In this document: positions 13,043 through 26,082 of the stretch, piece after piece
Layout: every line of letters begins with the position of its first letter
Numbering within the stretch: the stretch's first letter is position 1
DNA from: Squalus acanthias
Lineage: Eukaryota
Direction: 5' to 3'
DNA length: 64,000 nt
Assembly: GCA_030390025.1 (NCBI GenBank)
Contig: CM059440.1
Location: 58,714,001-58,778,000 of the forward strand
Notes under the pieces: generated by a model
The model's database searches: none
What the model saw: only the letters and a program-made list of their open reading frames with translations
What the model was told of the DNA's origin: nothing
Translations under genes and position numbers: made by a program

Positions 13043-13286
13043 TATAGGAACAAGAGTAGGCCATTCAGCCCCTAGAGCCTTTTCTGCCATTCAGTGAGAT
13101 CATGGCTGATGTGTATCCTAACTCTATCCACCCACCTTGGCTCCATATCTTTATAGCAAAAATTTATCGATCTCAGATTTAAAATTAATTGAGCGAGCAT
13201 CTACAGCTTTTTGTGGGAGAGAGTTCCTCACTTCTACCACCCTTTATGTGAAGAAGTGTTTCCTAACTTCTCTCCCGAATGGCCAA
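13043..13286 (-). mobile_element. CR1 3' end fragment
   Basis: aggaacaagagtaggccattcagcccc...gagatcatggctgat; same family as 24225-24478. Confidence 0.75.
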
Positions 13287-15065
13287 GACAGTGAGTCACC
13301 TTGTGACACTACTGGACACCCCGCAGCAACTGGGTACAGAATCACATTGCTTTCACCTCTCTACTCCTTACTCTGAAAACATTGCTGGGTGTAGGTGTGC
13401 ACGAGGGCTGAAAAGGTCTCAACTGCATAGAAGATATTGCACAGCTTGCGTCTCCTTCCCTCCTGCCAAGACCAATAATTGAGGAGTGAAATAGGTCTTC
13501 CGCGCTGGTTGATTAAACCCAGCATTGTACTAGAGATACACACTTGACTAAAATGTTTGTTTCACAAGTGAGCAAGTGCATGAGTGGAAAAATACTGCCT
13601 TCAACAAGCATCAACGCCACATTCTATTTATGGTGCATTCTAACTTCCCGTTACTCTGTTAAGAACAATGGCTTTCAGCAGTGAGATTTTGGTTTTGTAC
13701 AATGGTACTTATGTCCTGAATGGAGCTCAGTACTATAATAAAAGAAAAAACCTAGAATCCTTACCACTTGTCAAGATTACTACATCCAAGATGCAACAAT
13801 CCTGGAAGTTTGTGCAGCGGAGGAGTGACAGGGCAATGGCTTGTTACTGCATCTTAACACAGAAACAGGCAATTCCACCCAACCAGTCCACGTTGGTGTT
13901 TAACCACCACACGAGCAATAGCTCTAATACCATGTACCTACCCTATTCTCACGTCCCCTAGTTCTGGACCTCAACCAGTGGAAAAAGTCTGTTTCTTTCT
14001 CCTCTCTGAATTTTTAAAATATCTGTCGAATCACTCCACAATCTCCTCTGTTCCAATGAAAACAGCCCCACTATTTCCAGGTACTTTGGTCGCATTTGTA
14101 TTTCCTTGCACCAGGCAGCATGCTAGTGAATCTGCCCTGTACCTGCTCTACTGCCTCGACATCCTTCCTGCAATGTGCAGCCCAAAATTGCACACAATAA
14201 TCAAACTGTGGTCTCAGGCAAGTTTGTATTATTTTATTTATTTTGCGCTAGTAGACTTGGAAATGAATGACGGAAGGAGTTTATTTATTTATTGTTAATG
14301 GAGCCTGAACCAGCACAGCAAAAGTTGTCACGGTTGGACTGGGCAATTGCTGGTGCTGTAAATAATGACACAGCTCTCTTCAAACCACTCCGCCCCCCCC
14401 CCCCCCCCCCCACCGATCCAAAAGCATTGTTCTGGTACAGCCATCAGTCCATGCACACAGGGCAGTCTTCACACCCTATGTATGCGAGATACATTACGCT
14501 TATTTTTTTTTACTGCCTATGCGTATTTAAATCTTATACAATATTGCATGCCCGTTACTGTATGTTACCATATGTTGATTTTCTTTTTATTAGACACTTC
14601 CTCTTCAGTCAATTGTACCTCCAAAGTTAATATTCAATTTCTGGATGCCAGTTTTGTGTTGGGGGGGGGGGGGGGGGGTGGAAGGAGGGGGCCTGACTTG
14701 GTTAATGTATTCATGCCTGCCAGGAAATTTTGCCATTTGCCACTCAAAGGTGGTGTATGTAGTGTAGTGTTCTGGGTAGATTCTCATGGTGTGGCAAGTC
14801 ATGTGATCGGAATGTGCTATTCCGATAACAGCACTGGAGCATGAAGCAAGCTTTTCGACAGAATGCAGTATTTTCATCTGTAATATTTTTTGTTTTCAGT
14901 GTTAATGAATATAAAAATTCTGATATTGGTCCAAAGTGGAAACACTTGTCACAATCATAGTGGACAAATATCCCAATAAATTAATTGCAAGACTTAGCCT
15001 TATTCACCTTTATCAAAAATTTTATTAAGTGAAACAAAAACATTGTAACCTTACACTACACATAC

Positions 15066-15232
15066 CTGAAGTCCTTAACATCAGAATCTATGCCATTTTG
15101 TACCACCAGACCATTTGTTTTATCAATCCCGTCATCCTCCACTTCTTTCAGGTCGCCCATCTTATCCCCATCGAATGAAGATTTTCCTTTCTTGTCTCCC
15201 TTTTCATTATGAGCCTCAGCATCTCCAGAACC
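15066..15232 (-). CDS. PUM1: PUM1 exon 6 ([30 protein letters not shown]...[11 protein letters not shown])
   Basis: 167 nt; acceptor ccgtttag, donor CAG|gtatgt; absent from the ORF track, translated by hand. Confidence 0.95.
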
Positions 15233-16265
15233 CTAAACGGAGTGGGCAGAGAGGAAGGTGTGGGAAGAGACAGGGAAAGCACCTTTAATATACCATAGCT
15301 GAAGTGCTGTACCAACACGGTCACGCTGCCGGTTTAAACACTACCCACACAGCTGAAAAAGTGCATAGGTCAGATAGCACAGAACTGCTAAAATAACGTC
15401 ACTACTATTCCTCTGAAGTCTGGAAAGCCCCATTACACTAGGTTAAATAATGTGATTTTGAAAGTACTGCAATTAACCTCCAGACAGCATCAGCAAAAAA
15501 AAGGTGGTGCACTGGTAAAACAATGCTAAAATTATAAACAATAGCCGAGTTAATGAGTCACAGCTTTGAACAACTTCACCATTGACGTCACCTTGGAGAA
15601 GCGTCCAAATGGTTCAGAGAGTTTGCCCAATCAGTTGCCAAGCCATACAGGCCAAGAAGGTTCGAGATAGTCTTAACTTGGGCAGTGGTTGGGCTATAAT
15701 CGCCCCTGGGATAGTGGAGCAGGGAATCACCTAGGGTTTCTGCTCCTACCCACTATCTGCCAACCTGCGCTGGAAATGATTCTATGCATGTGGTGGTATC
15801 AGGTGAGGGTAAAGCTGCGCATGGATGGGACTCTGTGGTCACAAAGCCTGCTAACGTTCATTAAGGTTCACATATGAACAATGGTCACTCGAGTGAGTTA
15901 CCACAGGGCAGCCAGCGTCTGTGGAACCATAATTTGCCAAGGGGTGGGGGGCCCGAGGATTTTAGTAATGCGGAGTCTGAATTATGTCTACTTGAATTGT
16001 AGGCATAACTTACACTTTACAGTATAACTTCAGAATCTGCCCTTCCAAACTTGGGTTGTACTTGGAGACCATTTTGAACTGTATAACACCAGGGTGAAGT
16101 ACTGATGATTGTGCTGGGATCAATTTGAGATGATGAATTGAGAGAGTGGCACAAAAACCACATTGTACAACATTAAAGTCACTGGCTGATGCGCGTGTGT
16201 GTTTTTCCCCCCCGCCATGGTTGCAGTATCAGTGTTATTGCAAAGCAAATGCTTCCAATACTTAC

Positions 16266-16453
16266 AAATGGCCCTTTTCTGAGGCAGGACTCCAGTTTTT
16301 CCCCAGGAGAAGAGCTCAGCACATACTCCACCATGCTGACACCCAGCCCGCCACTTTCAGACCGTGGAGACAGGACAGAGTTGACCTCATTACTGCCGTG
16401 GAAACCTTGACCAGGGCGTCTCTGCACCATGATTGGCTGCGACACAGAGTGAT
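16266..16453 (-). CDS. PUM1: PUM1 exon 5 ([16 protein letters not shown]...[23 protein letters not shown]...RKGPF)
   Basis: 188 nt; acceptor cctctctcag, donor TTT|gtaagt. Confidence 0.95.
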
Positions 16454-16903
16454 CTGAGAGAGGTGGTGAATTAAAGAGGCATTAGTTCCATTAGTAAAGT
16501 AATGTACAGTAGAACAGATAAGCGGACATGCAACTCGGCATTTTGGAGCTCCACATGGCCCAATTACAATTTACTAGAAGGCAGCTGCGCAGATGGTAAA
16601 ATAACCCATGTGCATCAAAATGCAACTGCTTATCTTTAAATAGTAAATCGCAATAGTGAATGCCAGTAGCCCTCAGACAGCAACACTTTCTGGTACTCCA
16701 CTTCAATTAAATATGCAACACTTGGCTTCAACTATATAGGTTTTTTTTGCATCTAAAGAAAGTGCAGTTCAACACTAATTCTAAAACAGCATTTTTAAAC
16801 CAACTGCAGTCCTAATTTATATTCAATCCTTTCCAAAACCCAACACTTGAAAGTTCTTACAGCAAATAGATTATACAGAAAGTTAGTTGCCTGCGCACAC
16901 TAG

Positions 16904-16970
16904 ATCTGCATGTGCTATTTTCAGGCAAGTCTCACATACTGAGACTCTCCTGAAAATAGCACAGATAGAT
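16904..16970. repeat. Short inverted repeat forming a pre-miRNA-sized hairpin
   Basis: TGTGCTATTTTCAGG ca AGTCTCA catac TGAGACT ct CCTGAAAATAGCACA. Confidence 0.8.
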
Positions 16971-17479
16971 ATAATACTCTAGATGATAGGACACCCTAAA
17001 GCCGAGTCTCCCTGCACATGTAGGCCACAAGACCAATAGCAGAAGTGTCTGGAGCCCAGTCACTGCCAATATAAAAACTGATATTTACATTTAATGAAAA
17101 TGTGAACACTTGTAAATTGCTTGGCTCTTCCCATCCACAACATGTGAATAGAATATTGTACTTGTAGCAGTTAGTTAATGTAACTTCATTGAATTTATGA
17201 GGAAGGGTTAAGGAAGTCGGGCTCATTTTCTTTGGCGAAGAGGCATTTGCAAAGTGACCTGTCTGATTGAAGTTCTCCAAATTATGAAGGAAACTGACAA
17301 ACTGATCCAAATTGTCCATTGTGGTGAAATGTTTAATTATCAGGGGACAAACGTTAAGACCAAGAAGTGAAGTCAAGTCAGTTTTTCCTCTGAAGGGTAA
17401 TAGACGTGTGCAGTAAGTGACTGTGAAAGACACCGACACAGACGGTATAAATGGACTCAAAAGAGAATTATGAACTCGC

Positions 17480-18090
17480 AGTTATATCGTCTATCTCGTC
17501 CCAAGGCACTTCACAGCCAATTAATGACTTCTGAAGTGTGGCCACTGTTGTTATGTGAGCAAAGGTGGCAGCTATTCTTGCAATGAGATGATTGACCCGT
17601 TAATGTGCTCTGGTGGTGTTGGTTGAGAAACATTGGTCAGACTACTCCCATGCTACTCTTCAAAATAGTAAAACAGAAAATGCTGGAGATACTCAGCGGG
17701 TCAGGCAGCATCTGTGAAGAGAGAAACAGAATTAACGTTTCAGGTCGATGAGCTTTCGTCTGACAAAAGGTCATCGACCTGAAACGTTAACTCTGTTTCT
17801 CTCTTCACAGATGCTGCCTGACCTGCTGAGTATCTCCAGCATTTTCTGTTTTTATTTCAGATTTCCAGCATCTGCAGTATTTTCTTTTTGTATTAGTACC
17901 ATGGGATCTTGTACGCCCACCTCAACAGGCAGACTGGGCTTCGGTTTAATATTTCTTCAACAAAGCAGCACTCTCTCAGGTACTGCACCCAAGTGTCAAG
18001 ACGAGATTATATGCTCAAATTCTGGAGCGAGGCTTGAACCTACAAGCTTCAGATTCATGTGAGTGCGCTAATACAGAGCGAAGCCGATAC
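17480..18090 (-). mobile_element. Deu-type tRNA-derived SINE interrupted by a palindromic element
   Basis: Matches the 30415-30820 copy on both sides of the insertion. Confidence 0.7.
17671..17893 (+). mobile_element. Penelope-derived palindromic element with a hammerhead-like core
   Basis: ~90-bp inverted arms centred on 17761; CTGACAA-AAGGTC-ATC-GACCT-GAAACGTT; TSD tagta at 17666-17670 and 17894-17898. Confidence 0.75.
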
Positions 18091-19575
18091 TCAATTGAGT
18101 GCATTTCTGGAGAGAAGAAATTGAGGAAAATGTTGAGCAGAGTCTATTGGCCCTTTCCTCATCCTAAAAATTCTTGGTCTAAATTTAAAAAAAGACAGCT
18201 TCAAGTATCTGAACTATAAAGATCTGGTAACACAGCACCGCGCTGGAGAAAAATTGTTTTCACCAATTAAAACCAACACTGTGCAAAGCCACCCTCAGAA
18301 AAACAACAAAACTGAACAGAATTATCTTAGGCGCACAAGTTGCAGTTCCACTGGAGATAAATTCATGCTTTTTCATCATTTACTCGAATATAAATCACCC
18401 AACTACATCAACTGACATTTCAGTTTTTAAGAGCAGTAGTTCAATCAAGACTTACTTTTAAGATTTCATAAAATTCCCAGTTAAACTAAGTTGCAAACCA
18501 TCCTGGAGGTCAAATACCAAATAAAAAAGCTCTTAACAAACTTGTTTGACCATCTTCAATCAGATCTGAAATACAGGCAATCACTGCCCCACAAGGCCAC
18601 CAGCCTTTTTAAATGACGAACCACATTTTCTCTATGGACTCGGACTGCATGCATAGGTGGTTATTCAAGCAATGGTGGCACAATTTTAAGTAGCTTGGCA
18701 GCCAGGAATCAGTGGACATGAGAACGGAAAAAAAAATCCAACACCACCTCCAAGCAGAGTTCCCGTTATCTTTTCAGAAAAAAGTTAGCAAGAGATCAGT
18801 AACTCAACGACTGAGTGCACCAAAACAAGCAGGGAATAGATATTGAACAGCCAATGGGTTTTTAACAAGTTTGTTCACCAACAAAGATGTTTGGCTGGAG
18901 GTGACCTTCGCGCAGTCTGCCAGACTTATCAAGAAACTATAGCGTCATTTCCCAATAACTGTTACCATCTTGGGGGATGATGGAAGATTAGAGCAGCTTA
19001 GGCTTTAGTCTACAGAGAAGGTGGTTAAGAGGTTGGGACAGGACCTCATCAAGGTATGTCAAGCATTAGATATAAAAAGGTACTTCGGACAAGGAGGCCT
19101 GAAACTTAAATGAGTGAAAACTAAAAGTAAAACAGAACTTAAAACCTACTCGCACAAAGAGATAATAATCTACCAAGAACTTCAAGGGAATTCAAATTGC
19201 TAGGTGAGGCGCGTTGAATACCTGGAGGAATGAACTTGATGGACCTTCCCACTTGTATGAACAAGAAACTGAGGATAGGGAAAGGCCAAGTCTGTCATCA
19301 TCTCTGATGCAAATTTGCCATTTCAGAATAGTTCATATAGTTCTCGCACCAGTTAGAATCTATTTGCGGTTAAGAAACTCCCAACATGATGCAATTGAAC
19401 AGTATCAGGTGGTCCTGTCAGACAACACATTAAAAGGCATCTTGTATCCAGAAGCACGGGTAAGAGTGGTTTGTAAATATTAATTCCATTAACATCGATA
19501 TTGATCCTTGATAATTAAAAAAAAAATACAATTGAACCCAAGTTTGCTCTTTGCTAAAACCATCATACTCCTTAC

Positions 19576-19684
19576 CTGAAGCTCCCCATGCACTGTCCCG
19601 CCACTGATCCCCAAGAAATATCCCTTTAGGTCCATCCTTGCTTGTATCATCAGACTCCCAGAATTTCTTACCAGGCAGAAGCTG
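19576..19684 (-). CDS. PUM1: PUM1 exon 4 ([36 protein letters not shown])
   Basis: 109 nt; acceptor acacgcag|CAG (NAGNAG), donor CAG|gtaagg. Confidence 0.95.
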
Positions 19685-21937
19685 CTGCGTGTGAAAAAGG
19701 AAGATTTTTAGAAGGGGGAAAAAAAAGAACAGAAAGCATATGACAAAGTACAACAGAAAAGGAACATGTTTTTGGTACTATACAACGTTCCAGGACCCAC
19801 TGTCTGTTAACACACAGATCAACAGCAGGACCACTGGAAAATTGCAGAAGATTGTGACGAATGCTGGAGGGGTTTTCCCCACCCTCGTCGTGAATAAATT
19901 GCAGGCGATTGTGGATATTTGATCAAACATTCTTTTGTTAAATCAAGTTGTCTCAAAATTTCCCAATCTCCTCAGTTACAAGGCACTTTCCTCCGCCTCC
20001 TCCCTAATTCTCCCACTGATGCTGATCTCCAGTCCAGCTCCTATCCGACACCCGAGTGCCTCTTCGGCAGCAGACACTCGGCCACACACTGCAGGTGGGA
20101 ATCACTGATCTGGGACAACGATCACAAGGTCAGCAATGCCCAATGCTGTGAAAAGTAGAATCTGATCCCTGGATGAAACAACAGCATTGAGTGGGAGCTA
20201 CAAGCTGGGACCAGCAATGAGCCGGGTAGCAAGAGTAGAGGAGTTTAATTTTGAAAACTGGTATGTTTATGGATTTGCGATTTAAAAAAAAAAGCCACAA
20301 TTTTCCATTGGCCCTGCTCATCAAAAATCTTAAAAGGAAATATTACAGCATTATAGATTAATTACCAACTAAATGGAAGATTATCAACTGGATCGGTGAA
20401 AAGCATGTAACCAAGCCATATAGATGCAAGGCCCCAGGTTGAATTCCCAATCTGTGTTGGGCTGGCTGATCCTAGCCACCATTGACACTGGAATTCCCGA
20501 GGGGGAAAGCAGCCGCTATCCAGAGACACCCCCAGAGTGAAAAATGTATGTGGATGTTTCATGAGGACAAGATCAGGACCCATCACTCTCTCGACTCACT
20601 CGTGGAGAATGGACATTTGGGTGCGATACTGGTGGGGGGCTGCTGCCATGGAATAATACTCTGCAGCTGTCAATGCGTCTTCAGGAGACACGGAGGAGAG
20701 AAAATTGCAACTAAAAAACCACACTTGAGTTTAGCCTACCTCATTCTTGAGAAGCTCAATGTCATCCGAAAAATAGGAATTGCTGTCAACAATGGGGGGG
20801 GGGGGGGAAATATGCATGACCGGCAGACCCTTTAAGAAATTTAGACCTTGCGCAGCAATATTGCTCAGGTGATAATACTACACCAAGGAAAATAAAACAT
20901 GGTAAGCAAACTTTCCTGGGTGCATAGGCAACTGGTACTGGGAACAAGACAAAAGGTTATTTAAATACAGCATATGGGGAAGCAGAAGGTGGACAAAGAG
21001 AGGGAATCCCCGAGGTTTTTGTCAATCTTATGCAATACATGAGAACATAAATTTCTTAAAGGGACAGTGCCGCTAGGCGAATTCCTCCCCTCCCCCAAAC
21101 AGATAACCATTTTTGCTTGTCTATAGACATTGACCAAATATGGAAAAACACAGTCTGTATAGCTTTTTGTTATTTAATATTGAAATCTTTCCAAAACCCT
21201 GCCATAACCACACACTAGTTCACTGGTCTCCTCAAGTAAATACTTTAAAGCGTCTTTCAGCAATACTTTGCCAAGCTGCTGGTGACTGCAGATATTTAAA
21301 AGATAAATAAATGGTCCGAGTCATATTTTAATCTTCAATTTACCAAGCAATACATTTAAATACAAATATTGCTGACCAAAGAATAACTTTGATGCCTCCT
21401 CCAGGTGACTACACAGAGTCTGCAATCAGCCAAAGTTCAAGGAGGATGAGCAAGTCACACACCAATGACCCAAAATAATGTGATTAACAAATTGCTTCAT
21501 ATGGCATGTGGATGATCTGGAACCCTGTGTACATCTCAGAATTGCAGTTTCCAGATCAGAGATAAGATTATTCTGCAGTGGCTTTTTAAAAAAAACACAC
21601 ACTATGCAGGGTTCTGAACCAAATGTGGAAATGCATTTAAGAAAAATTTCCTGTTGCTTAAGGATCTGCGAGCAGAGCATGTAAATAAATGCAGTGTGAA
21701 TTTAAACCTATCGAAGATTTTGTGCATTTTACACTGCTGAAACCTCCTAGGGACCGATTATTGCACCTTGTCAGAGGTATTCTCAAGCATCTTGCATCTG
21801 GTTTCTTTCTGTAACGTGCTTTATTTAAAATTTTTAAAATTCATGACTGAATGCTTAAAAATAAAGACTTCATGTACCTCCACCTGCACTGGTTACCACA
21901 AACAGCTATCAGTCAAAGTTTAAATGCATGCTTTGTT

Positions 21938-23284
21938 CTACATAAGAAATAGGAGCAGGAGTAGGCCATTTGGCCCCTCGAGCCTGCTCCGCCATTTGAT
22001 AAGATCATGGCTGATCTTGTCTTGGCCTCACCTCCACTTTCCTGCTCGCTCCCCATAACCCTCGACTCCCTTATCATTCAAAAATCTGTCTCTCTCCACC
22101 TTAAATATATTCAATGACCCAGCCTCCACAGCCCTCTGGGGTAGAGAATTCCAAAGATTCACGACCCTCAGAGAAGAAATTCCTCCTCATTTCCATTTTA
22201 AATGGGCAACTCCTTATTCTGAAACTATGCCCCCTAGTTCTAGATTCTCCCACGAGGGGAAACATCCTCTCTGCATCTACCCTGTCAAGCCCCTTCAGAA
22301 TCTTATATGTTTGAATAAGATCACCTCTCATTCTTCTAAACTCCAATGAGTATAGGCCCAACCTGCTCAACCTTTCTTCACAAGACAACCGCTTCATCTC
22401 AGGAATTAACCTAGTCAACCTTTTCTGAACTGCCTCAAATGCAAGTATATCCCTCCTTATATAAGGGAAACCTAAACTGTACGCAGTACTCTAGATGTGG
22501 TCTCACCAACGCCCTATACAGTTGTAGCAAGATTTCCCTACTTTTATACTCCATTCCCTTTGCAATAAAGGCCTTTGTAGTCTCCCTCCATTTAAATAAT
22601 TTGCTTTTTTATTTTTCCTACATAACCTCACATTTTCCAACATTATACTCCATCTGCCAAATTTTTGCCCACTCGCTTAACCTATCTATATCCCTTTGCA
22701 GATTCTGTGTCCTCTTCACAATTTGCTTTCCCACCTATCTTTGTATCATCGGCAAATTTGGCTACATTACACTCGGTCCCTTCTTCCAAGTCATTAATAT
22801 AGATTGTAAACAGCTGAGGCCCTAGCACTGATCCTTGTGGCACCCCACTAGTTACAGTTTGCCAAACTGAAAATGACCCATTTATCCCGACTCTCTGTTT
22901 CCTGTTAGTTAGCCAATCCTCTATCCATGCTAATATATTACCCCCAACCCCATGAGCTCTTATCTTGTGCAGTGTCCTTTTATGTGGCACCTTATCGAAT
23001 GCCTTCTGGAAATCCAAATACACTACATCTACTGGTTCCCCTGTATCCACCCTGTTCGTTACATCCTCAAAGAACTCTAGCAAATTTGTCAAACATGATT
23101 TCCCCTTCATAAAACCATGCTGACTCTGCTTGACTGTATTATAATCTTCTATATGTCCTGCTACTATTTCCTAAATAATAGCCTCACATTGGGGAAAATG
23201 CTGGAGTCCAACTGGTCTATAGTTTCCTGCTTTCTGTCTCCCTCCTTTCTTGAATAGGGATGTTACATTTGCGGTTTTCCAGTC
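21938..23284 (-). mobile_element. CR1 LINE, 5'-truncated, with internal deletions
   Basis: RT motifs KGKSCLTNLLEFFE, YLDFQKAFDKVPH, GVPQGSVLGP, KFADDTK; 3' UTR ending cctatttcttatg. Confidence 0.93.
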
Positions 23285-24224
23285 CAATTCTGAAAGGGAC
23301 AGAACCCTTGGTAATTTAGCAAATGTGTAAACTTTCCATTGTTCATCAGCAAGGCCAGGAACAGTCAAACTCAATTGTTAAATGTGATTTTTTGAATAGC
23401 TAACATTCTGCAAAATATTGCAATAATCAGGTGACTGAAGAAAAAGTGCAGGCCTTTTACAATTCCTGTGTTTGCTCAATCATGGCTCTCCCCTCCGAAA
23501 TCCAAGGATTCTAACATATCGCACAGAACAATCACCTTTCTTACCCTCGCAATGACTTCTGAATTTTCCCCAGTAGCGTTTAGATATCTTGCAGCGTGTC
23601 TATGCTACAGAACTGTAAAAACACCCCTCCCCACCTTACCTACATTGCAGGCAGATGTCATAAACTGCCAGACACGCAAACTCAGTTGTTTTAAGTTGTA
23701 TAAACTAACTGAAGTCCCTACAGGCTGGCAATAAAAATAAAATATTCAAACATTTTACTGGCCTGAACACTGGTGGGAGGATAACAGACGGCAGCAAAAG
23801 GACACGCTGCCACCTTCAATGGTCAATCGCCCACAGAATCCACTGCTTTTGATGATGTCAAAGGTGTCGATGGTTTCACCTTGAGCAACTGCAGTAACCC
23901 TGACACTGCACTTCAGCAAAAATAAGTGTCCCAACTACGGGGCAGCAGTACAAAGTTTGGTTTTATAAACGTTGCAAGTTCCTCGCAAAACAAAATAATT
24001 CCTAACAGCATATTTCACTGGCACAAAACTGTCACCAATACATGCAGCAACTGAACAATTACCTGATGTCTGTTTTGAACATTACTGTCTGTGGGAGGTG
24101 GTTTCTTTAACCGTGAAAATCCCTTCCTCACAAGGTCACAAATCAAGAGGTTTCCAATTATATTCTGCACCAGATATGAATAAAAGCCCCTTTTGGTTTT
24201 GGGGAATACATTAATCATACCACA

Positions 24225-24478
24225 ACATAGGAACATGAGGAGGCCATTCAGCCCCTCGAGTCTGTTCCGCCATTCAATGAGATCATGGCTGATCTGCGAC
24301 CTAACTCCATATACCCGCCTTTGCCCCATTTCCTTTAATACCGTTGGTTAACAAAACCTATCAATCTCAGATTTTAGATTAACAAGTGATCTAGCTTCAA
24401 TTGCCGATAGCAGAAGAGAGTTCGAAACTTCTACCACCTTTTGTGTGCAGAAGAGTTCCCAAATTTCACTCCTGAAAG
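24225..24478 (-). mobile_element. CR1 3' end fragment
   Basis: aacataggaacatgaggaggccattcagcccctcgag... Confidence 0.75.
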
Positions 24479-25036
24479 GAAGAACGGAGAGCAACCTTTT
24501 TGGCCAATGTGCTTTCCTCCTGTACTGTCGGTGGTGGCTTTTGCTTCGGTATGGTCCCATGGGTACTGCAAGTAGTGGCATTCTCCTACCTCCCTCAAAT
24601 AACAATATTTCATGTGAACCCACTGAGTGACAACAAACTACTGGACTGTGTTATCCACACACATGCACGTTCCAGCAGGAATCACTACATACCGCTCGGA
24701 AACAAGAACCTCGGATGATTCTCCCTTCCCTAGCCCAGGGTTGCCAAGACAAAGTGTTGCACGCCATACTGACTAAAATCTGGCAACTCAGAACAGACCA
24801 GGAATTGAATCCTGGGCCTTCCAGTCTGTATAGCTCCGTTACACTGTGGCTTTATCAATTCAGCCACCTGCAGAGCCCATACAAGTCTCCAGTTGGGGAC
24901 AGACTATGAGTTGCATTCTAGACGATATACAAAACACACAAATTCATAAATAAGGATCGAAGATTTCTGCATGTACGATCAATCGCAATGAAAACAGAAC
25001 TGTAAATATAGGATTTTATTTTTTTTAAAAAGGTAA

Positions 25037-25416
25037 ATGGGCCTATATTCGCTGGAGTTTAGAAGAATGAGAGGTGATCTCATTGAAACGTATAAAATTC
25101 TTAGCAAGGCATGACAGGGTAGATGCTGAGAGGCTGTTTCCCCTTGTTGGAGAGTCTAGAACTAGGGGGTCATAGCCTCAAGGATGAGGAGAAATTTCTT
25201 CACTCAAAGGGTTGTGAATATTTGAAATTCTCTACCCGAGTGCTGTGGATGCTCAGTTGTTGAGTATATTCAAGACTGAGATCGATAGATTTTAGGGAAT
25301 CAAGGGATGTGCGGATAGGGTGGGAAAGTGGAGTTGAGGTCGAAGATCAGCTATGATCTTATTGAATGGCGGAGCAGGCTCGAAGGGCCGTATGGCCTAC
25401 TCCTATTTCTTATGTT
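25037..25416 (+). mobile_element. CR1 3' end fragment
   Basis: GLYSLEFRRMRGDLIETYKIL and 3' UTR; same family as the 21938 and 35002 copies, opposite strand. Confidence 0.85.
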
Positions 25417-25691
25417 ATTAAAGACAAATCAATTTACTAGAGCTTTAGCGTGCAGTTACACCACAAGGACTGACTTCATTCTGGAGCAATGTAATGAGAC
25501 TCGCTGGAGCAGAGTCCCACACCACTACAGTTTGGCAGTGTAAATCCACTGTGGTGTCAAATCAGGTTCTAACATGTGCCAGGACCTCCTATGTCTATGG
25601 GGAACTGATTTAGAAGCTTAGAGACGGGCAGACACAATCACCCGCACCATCTAAATTTTGAAGCTGCTTTTATATTGTTGCTCTTTCAGTA

Positions 25692-26082
25692 GAACTTGCA
25701 TTTATAGTGTCTTTCATGTCCTTGGACACCCCAAAGCACTTCACAGCTGATGAGCTTATTTTTGAAGTGTAGACACTTACTATGTAGGCCAGCTCCCACA
25801 TTATGGCTGCACAAACAGCAATGAGAAGAGTGACCAGTCAATCTATTTTGGTGGTGTTGGTTGAGGGATGAACATTGGCCAGGACATTGAGCGAACCCCA
25901 CCCCTCCACCTTGTTCTTTCACTTCCACCTGAAAAACCAGACACAGCATCAGTTTAACGACCCAGCTGAAGGACAGCACCTCAGACAATGTAGCACTCCC
26001 CAACTGTAGTCTAGATTGCGTGCTCAACACCTGAAGTGGGGCTGGAACCCACAACCTTCTGACTCAAAGACGAGACCCACTG
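25692..26082 (-). mobile_element. Deu-type tRNA-derived SINE
   Basis: aacttgcatttata...gaacccacaaccttctgactca. Confidence 0.7.

Noticed and set aside
14391-14678. Long C run and G run as a paired structure
   Set aside because: Simple homopolymers with no complementarity beyond the runs; their lengths are error-prone
18295-18379. ATGATGA...CTGA spacing resembling a C/D snoRNA on minus
   Set aside because: No terminal stem and no recognisable guide
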